Shown here: piece after piece, positions 53,740 through 63,461 of the stretch
Numbering within the stretch: position 1 is the first letter of the stretch
Layout of the letters: each line of letters begins with the position of its first letter
Virus record (IMG/VR): IMGVR_UViG_3300002307_000042
Location: 1-64,000 of that record
DNA: 64,000 bases
DNA from: a virus
Taxonomy: Duplodnaviria > Caudoviricetes
Direction: 5' to 3' (one strand)
Notes under the pieces: generated by a model
Database searches by the model: none
What the model was told of the DNA's origin: nothing
The model's input: only the letters and a program-made list of their open reading frames with translations
Made by a program: the position numbers and the translations under genes

Positions 53740-56700
53740 TTATATTCCCTTCTGCTTTACTAGTGCTAAAAATTGCTCTGGTGTTTGTGCCGCGTTTACA
53801 TTATTTATCGCTGTGTTTACTGCACTACTTGTTGCATCAGTTTTAGCATCTAGTGCTCCGCTCATTTGTTTTAACGCATTAGTATACGCAGGGTCATTTC
53901 TGGCTTTGTCAAATATATCATATGCTGCCTGAGTCCTGGGATCGTTCGGACCATACTGTTTAACAGCATCATCATATGCTTTCATTAACGGATTAATTTT
54001 ATCAAACTGGGCCTGTAAATCGGATCTAGCTTTATCTAACGCAGCAGTTGCTTTTGCTAGATTTTCTTCTGCGGTTTTCTGTGCATTTATATCAATTTCA
54101 CCTACTAAGTTTGGTGCAGGAATCTTAGGATCGCCTAATACACTCTTGATTGCGCTAGTAACTGATGTACGATCATTCGTATTGAATCCAACACTAGGGA
54201 GTGAGATTGATCCGGGCACACCGTTTGTCAATGAGCTTATAGCAGATTGCAATTGCGCTATAGCACCAACTGGCAATCCTGCGCTGGCTAATGAAGTCAA
54301 TCCATTAAGTTCATTGGATACGATTCCTAAAATTCCCGCAAATGCACCTTTATTCGATCCGCCAGTTAAACTGCTTGCGCCTCCTATTTTACTTAGAGAG
54401 TTTGCTGTGTTGGCTATACTACTTAAGGCTTTTGTTGCGCTAGCCACAGTTCCTGCGCCATTCATAAGCGCAGTTGTAGCACTGCCTATATTGTCCTTTA
54501 AGGCTGACACACCCGGAATATCGTTAATGGCATTAGGTGCATTATTAATTACGTTTGCAACCGTATTTAAGCCTCCGGCTAGATTGTTTAATCCACTAGC
54601 TAATGCAGAAGAAGTTGCTGCTTGCGCACCTTGTTGTACTACTGTTGCAGCGTTGCTCAATGCTGGCAATCCCCCTCCTGACTGTAATGTTGATGCTGCC
54701 CCTGCTACAGCGTTAACGTTATTAATAGCATGTTGTACTCCACCTATCGTTGTATTAAGCGGGGTGGAAGTAACACTGTTTTGTATAGTGTTAACCACTG
54801 ATGTAACATTGTTTATAGTAGTAGTCACTGCTTTAGCACCATTAGCCAAATTAGATAGTGCGTTAGTTTTGGTAGTTACGGCACCAGTAATACTAGATAC
54901 AGTATTGTTTATAGATGATACTGCACCAATCGCGCCATTGACTGCACCAACTGAACTTACAGTTGAGTTTACTACACTCGCGGTAGTGTTCAATATATCA
55001 GTCAACGCAGTGCTAGCACCTTTTGTTAATTTTCCTAATTGATTTAATGTTGAAGATCCAGCCTGACTTCCAGTTGTAGTTGCTACTGCCGCTGACGCTG
55101 CCGCATTATCTTTTGCAATCTTAGTAAGATTTTGAGGTACACCGGCTTTAAGTGGCTTAAATGAATTCTTTACTGCGTTAAATGCACTCGTTGCTACACC
55201 CTCAACTTGATTGACTAGCCCTGACAAACTAGGAACGCTGTTCATAGCAGAAAGTGCATTTTGAATTCCACCTAATCCACCAACGGCTTCTGTAAGTTGT
55301 GCAGCCGCGCCGCCGGCGCCGATAGTGCTTAATGCATTCTGTATTGAACCTAAAGCTTTGCCGGTGTTTAGTGCGCCAGCAGCGCCCAGTACTTGATTAG
55401 CTGTGCCTATCGCAGACGCGGCACCTCCTAATACTCCTGCTGCTGAACCAGTTAATGAATTTGCAAGACCAGTTGCCGATCCCAGTGTGTTAAGCCCGGT
55501 CTCTAACTGTCCAGCTATTTTTTGTATCGCATTATTAGCATTACCCAAGGTGCTTCCTGCAACGCTATTCAATGCACCTGCCGCCGCATTAGATACTGTT
55601 CCGCCGGCTGCTATACTAGATAAAGTACTTGATGCTTTATTACCTATTCCCGCTGCGTTAGCTACCTGTTGTATTGCGCCGACTGTTGGTCCTAATCCAA
55701 CAGTTGCGACTGATGTTATAAGTCCTGCGATTTGAGTGGGAGCTTCTTTACCTGTAATTGCACCTATAGCACCTAATGCAGTTTGTGCTTTTTGCATAGT
55801 ATTCACTAGTGCAGTTGCCTGAGCAGTTGTGTTTTGTACTAGTGATGTTAGATTAGTGACACCATTTACTGAACCACTGAAAACACTGTTTGGCATAGCC
55901 TGTGATAATGGTTTACCACCTTGCGCAAGAGCGTTTACTAATGTACCTGCGCCCGGTTTTAATACTCCACCAACCTCAAGTTGCGCCGCGGTCATAGCTA
56001 GCGTTCCTATTGCTGCAACAAACCCTTGTGCAGTTTTTATGATTCCTGCTCCAGACTTAGTAACCGATGCTAACGGACCATTAGCAGCTTGTGTAGCAGT
56101 TGATGCGACTGTTGCAGCCGTTACATTTTTAGTCACTGATGTAGATACACTGGGCGCATTGGTCGGTGCGCTAGCAACTGTTGCAGTAGAAGGAGCCGTT
56201 GGATTAGTTGCTTGTGCTGCTTGATTCGTTGCTTGAGTTGCACCGGCAGCCGGGGCCGGCAAGTTGTCGCTAGCATTAGTTGAAGTTTTTATATCTACGC
56301 CCTGACCAGCGTTAGCCCATGGCGCATGTGCCGGTGCTCTACTTGTTATAGTGAGTAATTTACCGGGAGCGGCCATATAACCTTTTTCTTCATCAAACAG
56401 TGTATCCGTTTGTGCTACTAGTGGAATAGGGTTTACACTTGCGGGGCTAGTGCCAGGACTGCCACTGTTTAGATTTACTTTACTACCGTTAACATATGCT
56501 TGCCCACCGCCAACTAGACTTGCATCGCCTCCTGCCCCCCATGCGATTGCGCCGCCAGCTAATCCAGTAATCTTACCTGTTGCTGCAAGTGCCAAATCAC
56601 TAGCGGCTCGCATTTGAGTTTTCTCTTCGCTATTAGTCTGTATATTCTTTGCTTGAATATTCAAGTTCTCGTTAGCATGAATATTAATGTTTCTGTCACT

Positions 56701-57714
56701 ATGTAAGTTGATATCTCCGTGTGTTCTAACATTGAAGCTGTTAGTAGAATAGATATCCACTGTACCTTCTTTACCTAATTCTACATAACTCTGCCCATTG
56801 CTGTGTAGTATCATCAATGTTTGGCCATCGTCACTCATTAATATCTGGTGACCTAACGCGGTTCTAATTCTAATTAATTGATCTTTACCGATGATGTCTC
56901 CATCGTCCATAACGATACTATGCCCGCCGCGACGAGCAGTAACTTTTAGTTTAGTAGGATCGGCATTGTCTCCGATATTGGATGGCAATGTACTATCATC
57001 ATAACCACCTTCATAAATAGGTCTACCGGGACTAGATACACCCCATCCTACTCGGCTTGCGGGCTCTCTGGAAGCACTTGAGCTAATTGGGCCACGCACA
57101 GGATCTCTCAAAATGCCCTGCTGCATCATAATGCTTGCAGCATAGCTATGCACTGGTCTGGTGCTATTATTAAAATCAGGACTATCAACCTGTCCTTTAT
57201 TATTAGTATTCATGTTAGTTACGGGTAGTTTAGTTGCCCCACCGTAACTCTTGGCTTCGCCTTCATTGGCTATAATATTATCGCTTGCACCAATTGCCGG
57301 AACCATGTGTAATACTTCAGGTTCTGGGATAGCTCCTATATAGAAACCATAATTCAAATCACCATTAACAAATATACATACAACTTTAGTTCCTATATCA
57401 GGTGGAGCTTGCCATTGTCCATAGCTACTGGGATTACTGGTATACGCACCATTGTCGTCTTTTGCTGAGCCTCCGGTTGCTCCCACTTTACCAAAAAATG
57501 AACTTAAAAAACTAACAGAAACCCAGTTGTCCCCGCTATCGCTGTCTTGCGGGTTATTACTATCATTTAATAGAACTCTAATTCTGCCTGATCTATTTGG
57601 ATCAATGTTATCTTTTACAGTACCTATGACCGGAAAATTATATTTTGCCGAAGAAGTGGCTACTGGATTAGCGGATTTAAGTTGTCCTGTTGTTTTAATT
57701 ATATTATGCGGCAT
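53740..57714 (-). CDS. Baseplate hub spike (gp5/VgrG-like OB-fold and beta-helix) with a long Ala/Gly/Ser/Thr-rich extension
   Basis: GTVKDNIDPNRSGRIRV; APPDIGTKVVCIFVNGD; GDINLHSDRNINIHA repeats. Confidence 0.82.
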   Translation of the reverse strand: MPHNIIKTTGQLKSANPVATSSAKYNFPVIGTVKDNIDPNRSGRIRVLLNDSNNPQDSDSGDNWVSVSFLSSFFGKVGATGGSAKDDNGAYTSNPSSYGQWQAPPDIGTKVVCIFVNGDLNYGFYIGAIPEPEVLHMVPAIGASDNIIANEGEAKSYGGATKLPVTNMNTNNKGQVDSPDFNNSTRPVHSYAASIMMQQGILRDPVRGPISSSASREPASRVGWGVSSPGRPIYEGGYDDSTLPSNIGDNADPTKLKVTARRGGHSIVMDDGDIIGKDQLIRIRTALGHQILMSDDGQTLMILHSNGQSYVELGKEGTVDIYSTNSFNVRTHGDINLHSDRNINIHANENLNIQAKNIQTNSEEKTQMRAASDLALAATGKITGLAGGAIAWGAGGDASLVGGGQAYVNGSKVNLNSGSPGTSPASVNPIPLVAQTDTLFDEEKGYMAAPGKLLTITSRAPAHAPWANAGQGVDIKTSTNASDNLPAPAAGATQATNQAAQATNPTAPSTATVASAPTNAPSVSTSVTKNVTAATVASTATQAANGPLASVTKSGAGIIKTAQGFVAAIGTLAMTAAQLEVGGVLKPGAGTLVNALAQGGKPLSQAMPNSVFSGSVNGVTNLTSLVQNTTAQATALVNTMQKAQTALGAIGAITGKEAPTQIAGLITSVATVGLGPTVGAIQQVANAAGIGNKASSTLSSIAAGGTVSNAAAGALNSVAGSTLGNANNAIQKIAGQLETGLNTLGSATGLANSLTGSAAGVLGGAASAIGTANQVLGAAGALNTGKALGSIQNALSTIGAGGAAAQLTEAVGGLGGIQNALSAMNSVPSLSGLVNQVEGVATSAFNAVKNSFKPLKAGVPQNLTKIAKDNAAASAAVATTTGSQAGSSTLNQLGKLTKGASTALTDILNTTASVVNSTVSSVGAVNGAIGAVSSINNTVSSITGAVTTKTNALSNLANGAKAVTTTINNVTSVVNTIQNSVTSTPLNTTIGGVQHAINNVNAVAGAASTLQSGGGLPALSNAATVVQQGAQAATSSALASGLNNLAGGLNTVANVINNAPNAINDIPGVSALKDNIGSATTALMNGAGTVASATKALSSIANTANSLSKIGGASSLTGGSNKGAFAGILGIVSNELNGLTSLASAGLPVGAIAQLQSAISSLTNGVPGSISLPSVGFNTNDRTSVTSAIKSVLGDPKIPAPNLVGEIDINAQKTAEENLAKATAALDKARSDLQAQFDKINPLMKAYDDAVKQYGPNDPRTQAAYDIFDKARNDPAYTNALKQMSGALDAKTDATSSAVNTAINNVNAAQTPEQFLALVKQKGI

Positions 57715-57724
57715 TTATTGCACC

Positions 57725-60559
57725 TTACGTATCTTTAGTTGGTTGAGGTTTTGTAGTAGGCTGCGCACCACTTCCAGATGTAGGAGTATTAGGGGTTGTA
57801 TTGCCGCCCGGCGTAGTAGCGGTATTACCTGAGTTTGATGTCTGCGTTGTAGCACCGTTTGGCTGGGCGCCGACAGTCATAGCAGCTTGAGTAAGTTGTT
57901 GTGATTCTTTATTAGCATCATCTACTGTAGTTTTTCCAAATTCAGCCACCGCTGTACTTAATTTTTGTGTAAACTTACCATCTCTAAACATATGTTCAAT
58001 TAAAATAACATGGTACGCAACCCCTTGAATTTGTTTTTGTAATGTAGTAGTAGGATACTGCCAAAACAGAACACTGTCATTTATACTCATTATACCTTGA
58101 CCGCTAGTATTAGGATACAGATTACTATTCAATGCATAATCAACCGCTTCTTTAAAATCTATTTCAATAAACACTTGTCCCCCGCTTGGATTAATAGTGA
58201 ACTCGGAAGCATCAGGATTTTCATGACTATAAAATTGATCGTATACAGTGTTTTCACTTGAACACGGTTCAGTACAAAGAAAGTCCGGGTCACCTAAAAT
58301 AGTTATTTCACCCCTAGCGTATGAACCCGGATCATATAGTGCTGTTAATACACTATTTTGCGCCTCACCCCCTAAACCAAGCCATCCGGATTTATCCATT
58401 GAACTTTTTAATGACGGGGGTATGGGAACTTCAGCCGGGCCAGGTGAAGCGGTTGTTTTTGGTGTTCCTTGAGCATCTTGTACATCAGAATATTTTTTAC
58501 CTAAATTAGGGGTCAATCCGGTTTGCTGATATGCAGTGTCTAGCTCTATTTCGTATGACAAAACCTCACTGTTTTCTCCTGTATACCAATACTTGTATCT
58601 TTTGTGTGGTCCAGGATAATAATTTCCTCCGTCATTGACGAATACACTGTTTACAATGGGAGTATTATAAGGTTGAATAATATAGTCAATCTTATAAGCC
58701 CAGGATGATATAATAGGATCCCAGTCTTTAATAGTTAACTGACAAGACACATTAAACCATGAGAATGCTTTTGGATTAGTATTGTTTTTACTATTAAAGT
58801 TTTTAAGCTGCGGGTCATTCTCAACAGTACTATCATATACCAAATTCAATGCGGTTTCCATATATTGACTATGCTTGATTATATCATTGATAGCAGAAAC
58901 AATAGGATACTGCGGTGCGATTTCTAATTTTTTCTCATCTGTTTTAGGTTTTGGACTAGAATTTTCAGTCTTGGGATTTACTTCAGCAGTAGTTTTTGCA
59001 GTACTTTGTGGATACTGTGATTTATTCAAATCGGCTTGACTAACAGTTTTAGCTGTTTCAATTGCAGCAGTATTTCCTAAATAGATCAATCTATATTCGT
59101 TGGTAACTCCTATTAATTTTTTATCTAGTTTGTCTTTGTAAAACTTGTTAATTGAAGTAAACAGTCCATCTAATTGCTCTGCCACAGTAGCGCCAGTTAC
59201 TGTGTATTTTTCTGGAGTGACACCATACTGTGTGCCGAACCCAGTGCTAGCCGATGCATTGACTGCGGTAATATTATATTGAACAGCTTTACCATCAATC
59301 TTAAATTTCATATCAGTGATACTAACCACATAATATTGCTCAAACAACACCCCATTTGTACCTCCACTAGGATCTAATACCGATATTACAGGACCTGAGG
59401 TGCTTTGAATGTTTTTAATTTGAGTGTTCTGCGTAGCAATATTACCATTGTTATCATACCCTAAAAATTTTATTCCTAATATATAAATTGATCGTAATGG
59501 ATTTGCAGGGACCTTACCATTTGCGGTTGTCACATAATTAGAAATTTGATCCTGAACTCTACGTAGATTACTTAAAAAAGAAAATCCATATGGTTCGGTT
59601 ATCGTAAAAGTAAAATCAGTCACATTAGCAGTTGGTGCGCCGTTCGCTTTGGTACTAATAGATTGCTTCATCGTTAAATTATCTATACCATAATCAAACT
59701 GAAAGCCAGTGGCTCTGAGTTGAGATTTGTTATTATTACCGCCACTTTGAGCAATCAACATAGCGCCGCCACCTTTTGGGTTATCCGGGTTGAACATTCT
59801 AAGATTTTTTGCACCAGACTGAATAAAATCATTTGTTGCATCCGGAGTACATGCATACATACTAAGCTGATAATCATAGCTAGATAATGATGCCAATGGA
59901 TTGTTCAATCTTTTTCCAGGACCAGTGTTTGTTTTTATCTTTGCTGTGCTATGATAGCTATAATTATACCCTTTAATTTTTGCTCCCGCTGCGACGGTTT
60001 CCGACGAGTCGGCAGGTTCAGTTCCAGCAGGAGCCGGGGCTCCTGCGTTTGATGCAGTATCATTAGTTGGGGATGGAGTGTTTTGATTAGTTGGATTACT
60101 AGCATTGTTGGCTTGTCCGGCATTTGTGTTATTGGGTATAGGGGCTGAACCAGCAGTATTAGGTTGCTTAATACCACTATCATCGTTTGCAGCACCTGCT
60201 AATTTAGAAGAATTACTAGCAGGAGTGGTGGGAGCTGGTGTAGCGGGAGTTACCGGTGTAGGAGTAGGTTGAGCAACACCTTTAGCTTGCACGCTTAATT
60301 GGGTTAAATCAGCTTTACCGTTAGAATTTAAATAATTAGTTATAGCAGCAGCATCGGTGCTAGAAATGTCACCTCTATTTACTGCTCGTGTAATTTGGCT
60401 ATTTACTGTAAATATAACACCTTGACCGTCAGTACCAGACTCGGCTCCTATTGTTTGACTAGTAGTATTAGAAAATACCCTAATGCTTACAAAACCAGAA
60501 CCTGTTGCAGTATATAAAATAGTATAGCCATTGACTGTTACTGAATTCGTTGCTTCCAT
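57725..60559 (-). CDS. Baseplate hub protein (gp27-like candidate) with Pro/Thr-rich termini
   Basis: Lies between the gp53-like and gp5-like genes; FTITEPYGFSF, GEITILGDP motifs. Confidence 0.6.
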   Translation of the reverse strand: MEATNSVTVNGYTILYTATGSGFVSIRVFSNTTSQTIGAESGTDGQGVIFTVNSQITRAVNRGDISSTDAAAITNYLNSNGKADLTQLSVQAKGVAQPTPTPVTPATPAPTTPASNSSKLAGAANDDSGIKQPNTAGSAPIPNNTNAGQANNASNPTNQNTPSPTNDTASNAGAPAPAGTEPADSSETVAAGAKIKGYNYSYHSTAKIKTNTGPGKRLNNPLASLSSYDYQLSMYACTPDATNDFIQSGAKNLRMFNPDNPKGGGAMLIAQSGGNNNKSQLRATGFQFDYGIDNLTMKQSISTKANGAPTANVTDFTFTITEPYGFSFLSNLRRVQDQISNYVTTANGKVPANPLRSIYILGIKFLGYDNNGNIATQNTQIKNIQSTSGPVISVLDPSGGTNGVLFEQYYVVSITDMKFKIDGKAVQYNITAVNASASTGFGTQYGVTPEKYTVTGATVAEQLDGLFTSINKFYKDKLDKKLIGVTNEYRLIYLGNTAAIETAKTVSQADLNKSQYPQSTAKTTAEVNPKTENSSPKPKTDEKKLEIAPQYPIVSAINDIIKHSQYMETALNLVYDSTVENDPQLKNFNSKNNTNPKAFSWFNVSCQLTIKDWDPIISSWAYKIDYIIQPYNTPIVNSVFVNDGGNYYPGPHKRYKYWYTGENSEVLSYEIELDTAYQQTGLTPNLGKKYSDVQDAQGTPKTTASPGPAEVPIPPSLKSSMDKSGWLGLGGEAQNSVLTALYDPGSYARGEITILGDPDFLCTEPCSSENTVYDQFYSHENPDASEFTINPSGGQVFIEIDFKEAVDYALNSNLYPNTSGQGIMSINDSVLFWQYPTTTLQKQIQGVAYHVILIEHMFRDGKFTQKLSTAVAEFGKTTVDDANKESQQLTQAAMTVGAQPNGATTQTSNSGNTATTPGGNTTPNTPTSGSGAQPTTKPQPTKDT

Positions 60560-60560
60560 A

Positions 60561-60875
60561 TTAAATTCCTAAAACTAGCCTCAAAGTATCTAGTGTAGGT
60601 ATGTATATAGATATTCCCGATACAAAATTAAAGTAAGGATCAGGCCCAAGCAAATTAGGATTTCGTTCAGCAAACACCCACCATAATCTACTGTCACCAT
60701 ACAAGTCATATGCTAATAGATCAGGTCTATACTGATATGTAGGTGTTATTGTAAAATAAACATCACCGGGTACTGCTGGGATAGATTTTGCATTCCAAAC
60801 ATCTAAATAATAGTTATTTACGATGTTTGTGTCACTGTATGGACTAGACTTTGGATATAATGCTTGGTTGCTCAT
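60561..60875 (-). CDS. gp53/LysM-like baseplate protein
   Basis: YQYRPDLLAYDLYGDSRLWWVFAERNP. Confidence 0.8.
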   Translation of the reverse strand: MSNQALYPKSSPYSDTNIVNNYYLDVWNAKSIPAVPGDVYFTITPTYQYRPDLLAYDLYGDSRLWWVFAERNPNLLGPDPYFNFVSGISIYIPTLDTLRLVLGI

Positions 60876-62443
60876 TACCAGAAACCTCCTTTACCGTTAC
60901 TTGATCCTAACAACAGATTTCCAGTTGCATAGTCAGTAAGGCTAAATTTATTGCTAATATTATCTCTGCTAATAATAGGCACACACGAGACAGACAACGT
61001 TATTTTTGAAGGGACCCATGTAGGTGGGACACTAGCAGATTGCTGTGTAGAAGTAAAAGGTTTCTTTATTGCCTTCCCGCCTTGTGTAGCAGCAGTTCCT
61101 TGTAATCTAGTTTGTGCAGCATTTGATGGATCAATGGGGTCAATTTCTGGTTGCGTAGTTCCTGCAGGGCTAGCACCAGTAGTTTTTATATAATCAACAT
61201 CATTTGGTAAACTATAATTAAATCCTGATATAGCCAATGGTAAGTTGTCAAATTGATAACCACCTAAACCATATATATAGCACAATGGGGGAGGAGTTCC
61301 GTTCTTAGGATAACTATCTTGGCCATAGAACATTTTTGTCATTGATCTAAAGAAATGAATAACTGCTAATATATAGTTTGCTTCATTTACATCCTGTGCA
61401 GTAAAATCACATGTGATTTGTATATTGTCAACCCCGCTAGACTGGTACTGGAAAACTTTATAGTTGGTGTGAGTCAACTGCATAGATTCATAGTTTGCAG
61501 CATAATTAACTTGAATCTGAGGTGTATAGGGAAAAATTACACCGTCTGATTCTTTTAATGGTTGCAGTATACCAGGTGAAGTAGCTTTGTACAGGTAGTT
61601 TGCACTAGGGGCTAATACTAATCTTACTCTCCAGTCACCTGCTTTAGCTGCTGCATTAGATTGATCTTGTGATGTCGCTGAAGTAATTGCTTCCTGCTTA
61701 GCACCGGTCAATCCTTTTGCTGCGGTTACGACAATTTGTTCTTTTGGTCCTGTATAAGGTGCATTGTCTTTTAAATATGCTGCTCTAGCAGCTTGGTCAC
61801 CGGGATTCAATGATGCAACTTGTTCGGAAGTAAGATTAGGATCATAAATGTCCTGAATATCTTTACCTAATGGTAATGGACCAGTCTGTCCTTCAGGCGT
61901 TTTGGGGGCATTCTGTAAGTCACCGGTAGGAACTTGCACCGGTGGAACTCCGGCTAGTATCTCTTCGGTACTTGGAGTTTTAGGAGTTAATTGAGTGTCT
62001 CCGACCGGTACTGATACATTTGGTAAATTTGCATTGAGCGCACTATCATCAACCGGCGTTACATTACTAGGCACATCAGATAAGGCAGTAACTGCAGGAT
62101 CACCCGTTGCTACTGGTGACGAATCCGGTACTGTGGTTGCTTGTGCATTACTTTGGTTAATAAGTGATTGTGCTGTCTGAGCCAGTGCAGCAGCGAATGT
62201 AGATAGTTGACTATCTGGAACAATAACTTGACCGCCATTATTAAACCCTATTGTAGTAGTGCCGGCTACCGGGGTAAGGTCGTATTGCCCGCCTAGAATA
62301 TCATTTGGATCAATATTGTTTGCTGATAGTTGTCTTATTCCTTCCGGAACAGTAATACTAAAAGAAGGATTTGCAGGTAGGTTATTATAGGTCAAGGTGT
62401 ACCCACCTGGTAAGCTTGCTGATATTGGTTGACCTTCAGGCAT
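60875..62443 (-). CDS. Tail-tube initiator/baseplate cap-like protein with an N-terminal Pro/Thr-rich extension
   Basis: GVIFPYTPQIQV.Y.ANY...THTNY...YQSS...I.ITCDFTAQ; GAGGA RBS supports ATG 62441-62443 rather than TTG 62467. Confidence 0.7.
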   Translation of the reverse strand: MPEGQPISASLPGGYTLTYNNLPANPSFSITVPEGIRQLSANNIDPNDILGGQYDLTPVAGTTTIGFNNGGQVIVPDSQLSTFAAALAQTAQSLINQSNAQATTVPDSSPVATGDPAVTALSDVPSNVTPVDDSALNANLPNVSVPVGDTQLTPKTPSTEEILAGVPPVQVPTGDLQNAPKTPEGQTGPLPLGKDIQDIYDPNLTSEQVASLNPGDQAARAAYLKDNAPYTGPKEQIVVTAAKGLTGAKQEAITSATSQDQSNAAAKAGDWRVRLVLAPSANYLYKATSPGILQPLKESDGVIFPYTPQIQVNYAANYESMQLTHTNYKVFQYQSSGVDNIQITCDFTAQDVNEANYILAVIHFFRSMTKMFYGQDSYPKNGTPPPLCYIYGLGGYQFDNLPLAISGFNYSLPNDVDYIKTTGASPAGTTQPEIDPIDPSNAAQTRLQGTAATQGGKAIKKPFTSTQQSASVPPTWVPSKITLSVSCVPIISRDNISNKFSLTDYATGNLLLGSSNGKGGFW

Positions 62444-62511
62444 AGTTTTCCTCGTATAAATACTCAATACTATTTATCGCCTCAAAAAACTGCTATATTT
62501 ACCCAAAGGTG

Positions 62512-62540
62512 TTGTAATTATACAACACCAATACTACAAT
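62512..62540 (+). promoter_or_regulatory. Sigma70-type promoter of the late sigma gene, overlapped by a palindrome at 62508-62529
   Basis: TTGTAA-N17-TACAAT; GGTGTTGTA-ATTA-TACAACACC. Confidence 0.6.
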
Positions 62541-62564
62541 TGTTACAACTATAAGGAAATACAA

Positions 62565-63455
62565 TTGCGCAAGAAAACCACCAACTATCTCAACAACAAA
62601 GACATTCTCAAAGAAATCCACACTAGTAAAACAAGTTATTGTTACTTTGTGCAGCCAGAATACCACAGATATGATTTAATTATTGACATGCCCGATAGTG
62701 ATATCAATACTAGTTTAGAGTATGCATTAGCACCAGAACAGATTCAACTAGCAAAAGAAATTAGAGCAACTAGACTATCAACAGAGACTGGCGAAAAAGT
62801 TCTACCAGAAAATATTGAAACTACTGATTTGATTTTTAGAGTAATGACCTGGGATCATGTTCCGCTAAGTCAAAAGCAACCTAGAAAAACTAACAAAAAG
62901 AAAACTGCAAAAGACATTTTTATATTTGAAGATGACGACAACGAGGACTTTAGTGACCTAGAAGATAAGTCAACTAAAGATGAAGTTGATGACTTAGTTC
63001 ACGTTAAAGTCAACTTTCCCCCATTCCAACATTTTAAGCTTGATGAAACTAACACATTTAGATGTGTGGGTAAAAGTCATTGGGTAGGTGGAATAGAAAA
63101 CGGATATTTCAGTAAAGACCATGGACAAATTACTAACAAGTTAGCTCGCATGTACATGATGTTATGTGAAAAGTATGCGATGAAGTTTAACTGGCGAGGA
63201 TATACTTATAATGATGAAATGAAGGCTAGTGCTATATTACAATTGACATATGTTGGTCTTAGATTCAATGAAGCAAAAAGTGCCAACCCATTCGCTTATT
63301 ATACTGCTGCGATTACAAATAGCTTTTGCCGTGTATTGAACACTGAAAAGCGTAACCAAAATATTCGTGATGATATTCTAGAAATAAATGGTCTTAACCC
63401 AAGCTTCTCACGACAAATGCGAGATTTTAGTAGTAAGAAATCTATTATTGACTGA
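62565..63455 (+). CDS. gp55: T4 gp55-like late-transcription sigma factor
   Basis: NYLNNKDILKEI; YTYNDEM; ANPFAYYTAAITNSFCRVLNTEKRNQNIRD; AAGGA RBS with TTG start. Confidence 0.88.
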   Translation: MRKKTTNYLNNKDILKEIHTSKTSYCYFVQPEYHRYDLIIDMPDSDINTSLEYALAPEQIQLAKEIRATRLSTETGEKVLPENIETTDLIFRVMTWDHVPLSQKQPRKTNKKKTAKDIFIFEDDDNEDFSDLEDKSTKDEVDDLVHVKVNFPPFQHFKLDETNTFRCVGKSHWVGGIENGYFSKDHGQITNKLARMYMMLCEKYAMKFNWRGYTYNDEMKASAILQLTYVGLRFNEAKSANPFAYYTAAITNSFCRVLNTEKRNQNIRDDILEINGLNPSFSRQMRDFSSKKSIID

Positions 63456-63461
63456 GGTCCA

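Larger units (their letters stand above)
2187..62478 (-). promoter_or_regulatory. Set of T4-type late promoter boxes, consensus (G/A)ATAAATA
   Basis: Boxes at 2187-2194, 5222-5229, 7989-7996, 9864-9871, 10622-10629 (ACTAAATA), 22527-22534, 23153-23160, 23551-23558, 27378-27385, 30899-30906, 49844-49851 (GATAAGTA), 53249-53256 and 62471-62478, each immediately upstream of a gene. Confidence 0.85.

Noticed and set aside
560-62180. The many short plus-strand and nested ORFs in the track
   Set aside because: They lie antisense to or inside well-supported genes and reflect Ala/Thr/Val-rich codon patterns.
8884-62467. Several ORF-track start positions (9381, 11891, 12441, 14627, 15115, 16316, 22996, 23946, 62467)
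   Set aside because: They are longest-ORF TTG/GTG/ATG starts that overlap upstream genes or promoters. Downstream ATGs with an RBS, translational coupling or homology-consistent N-termini fit better.
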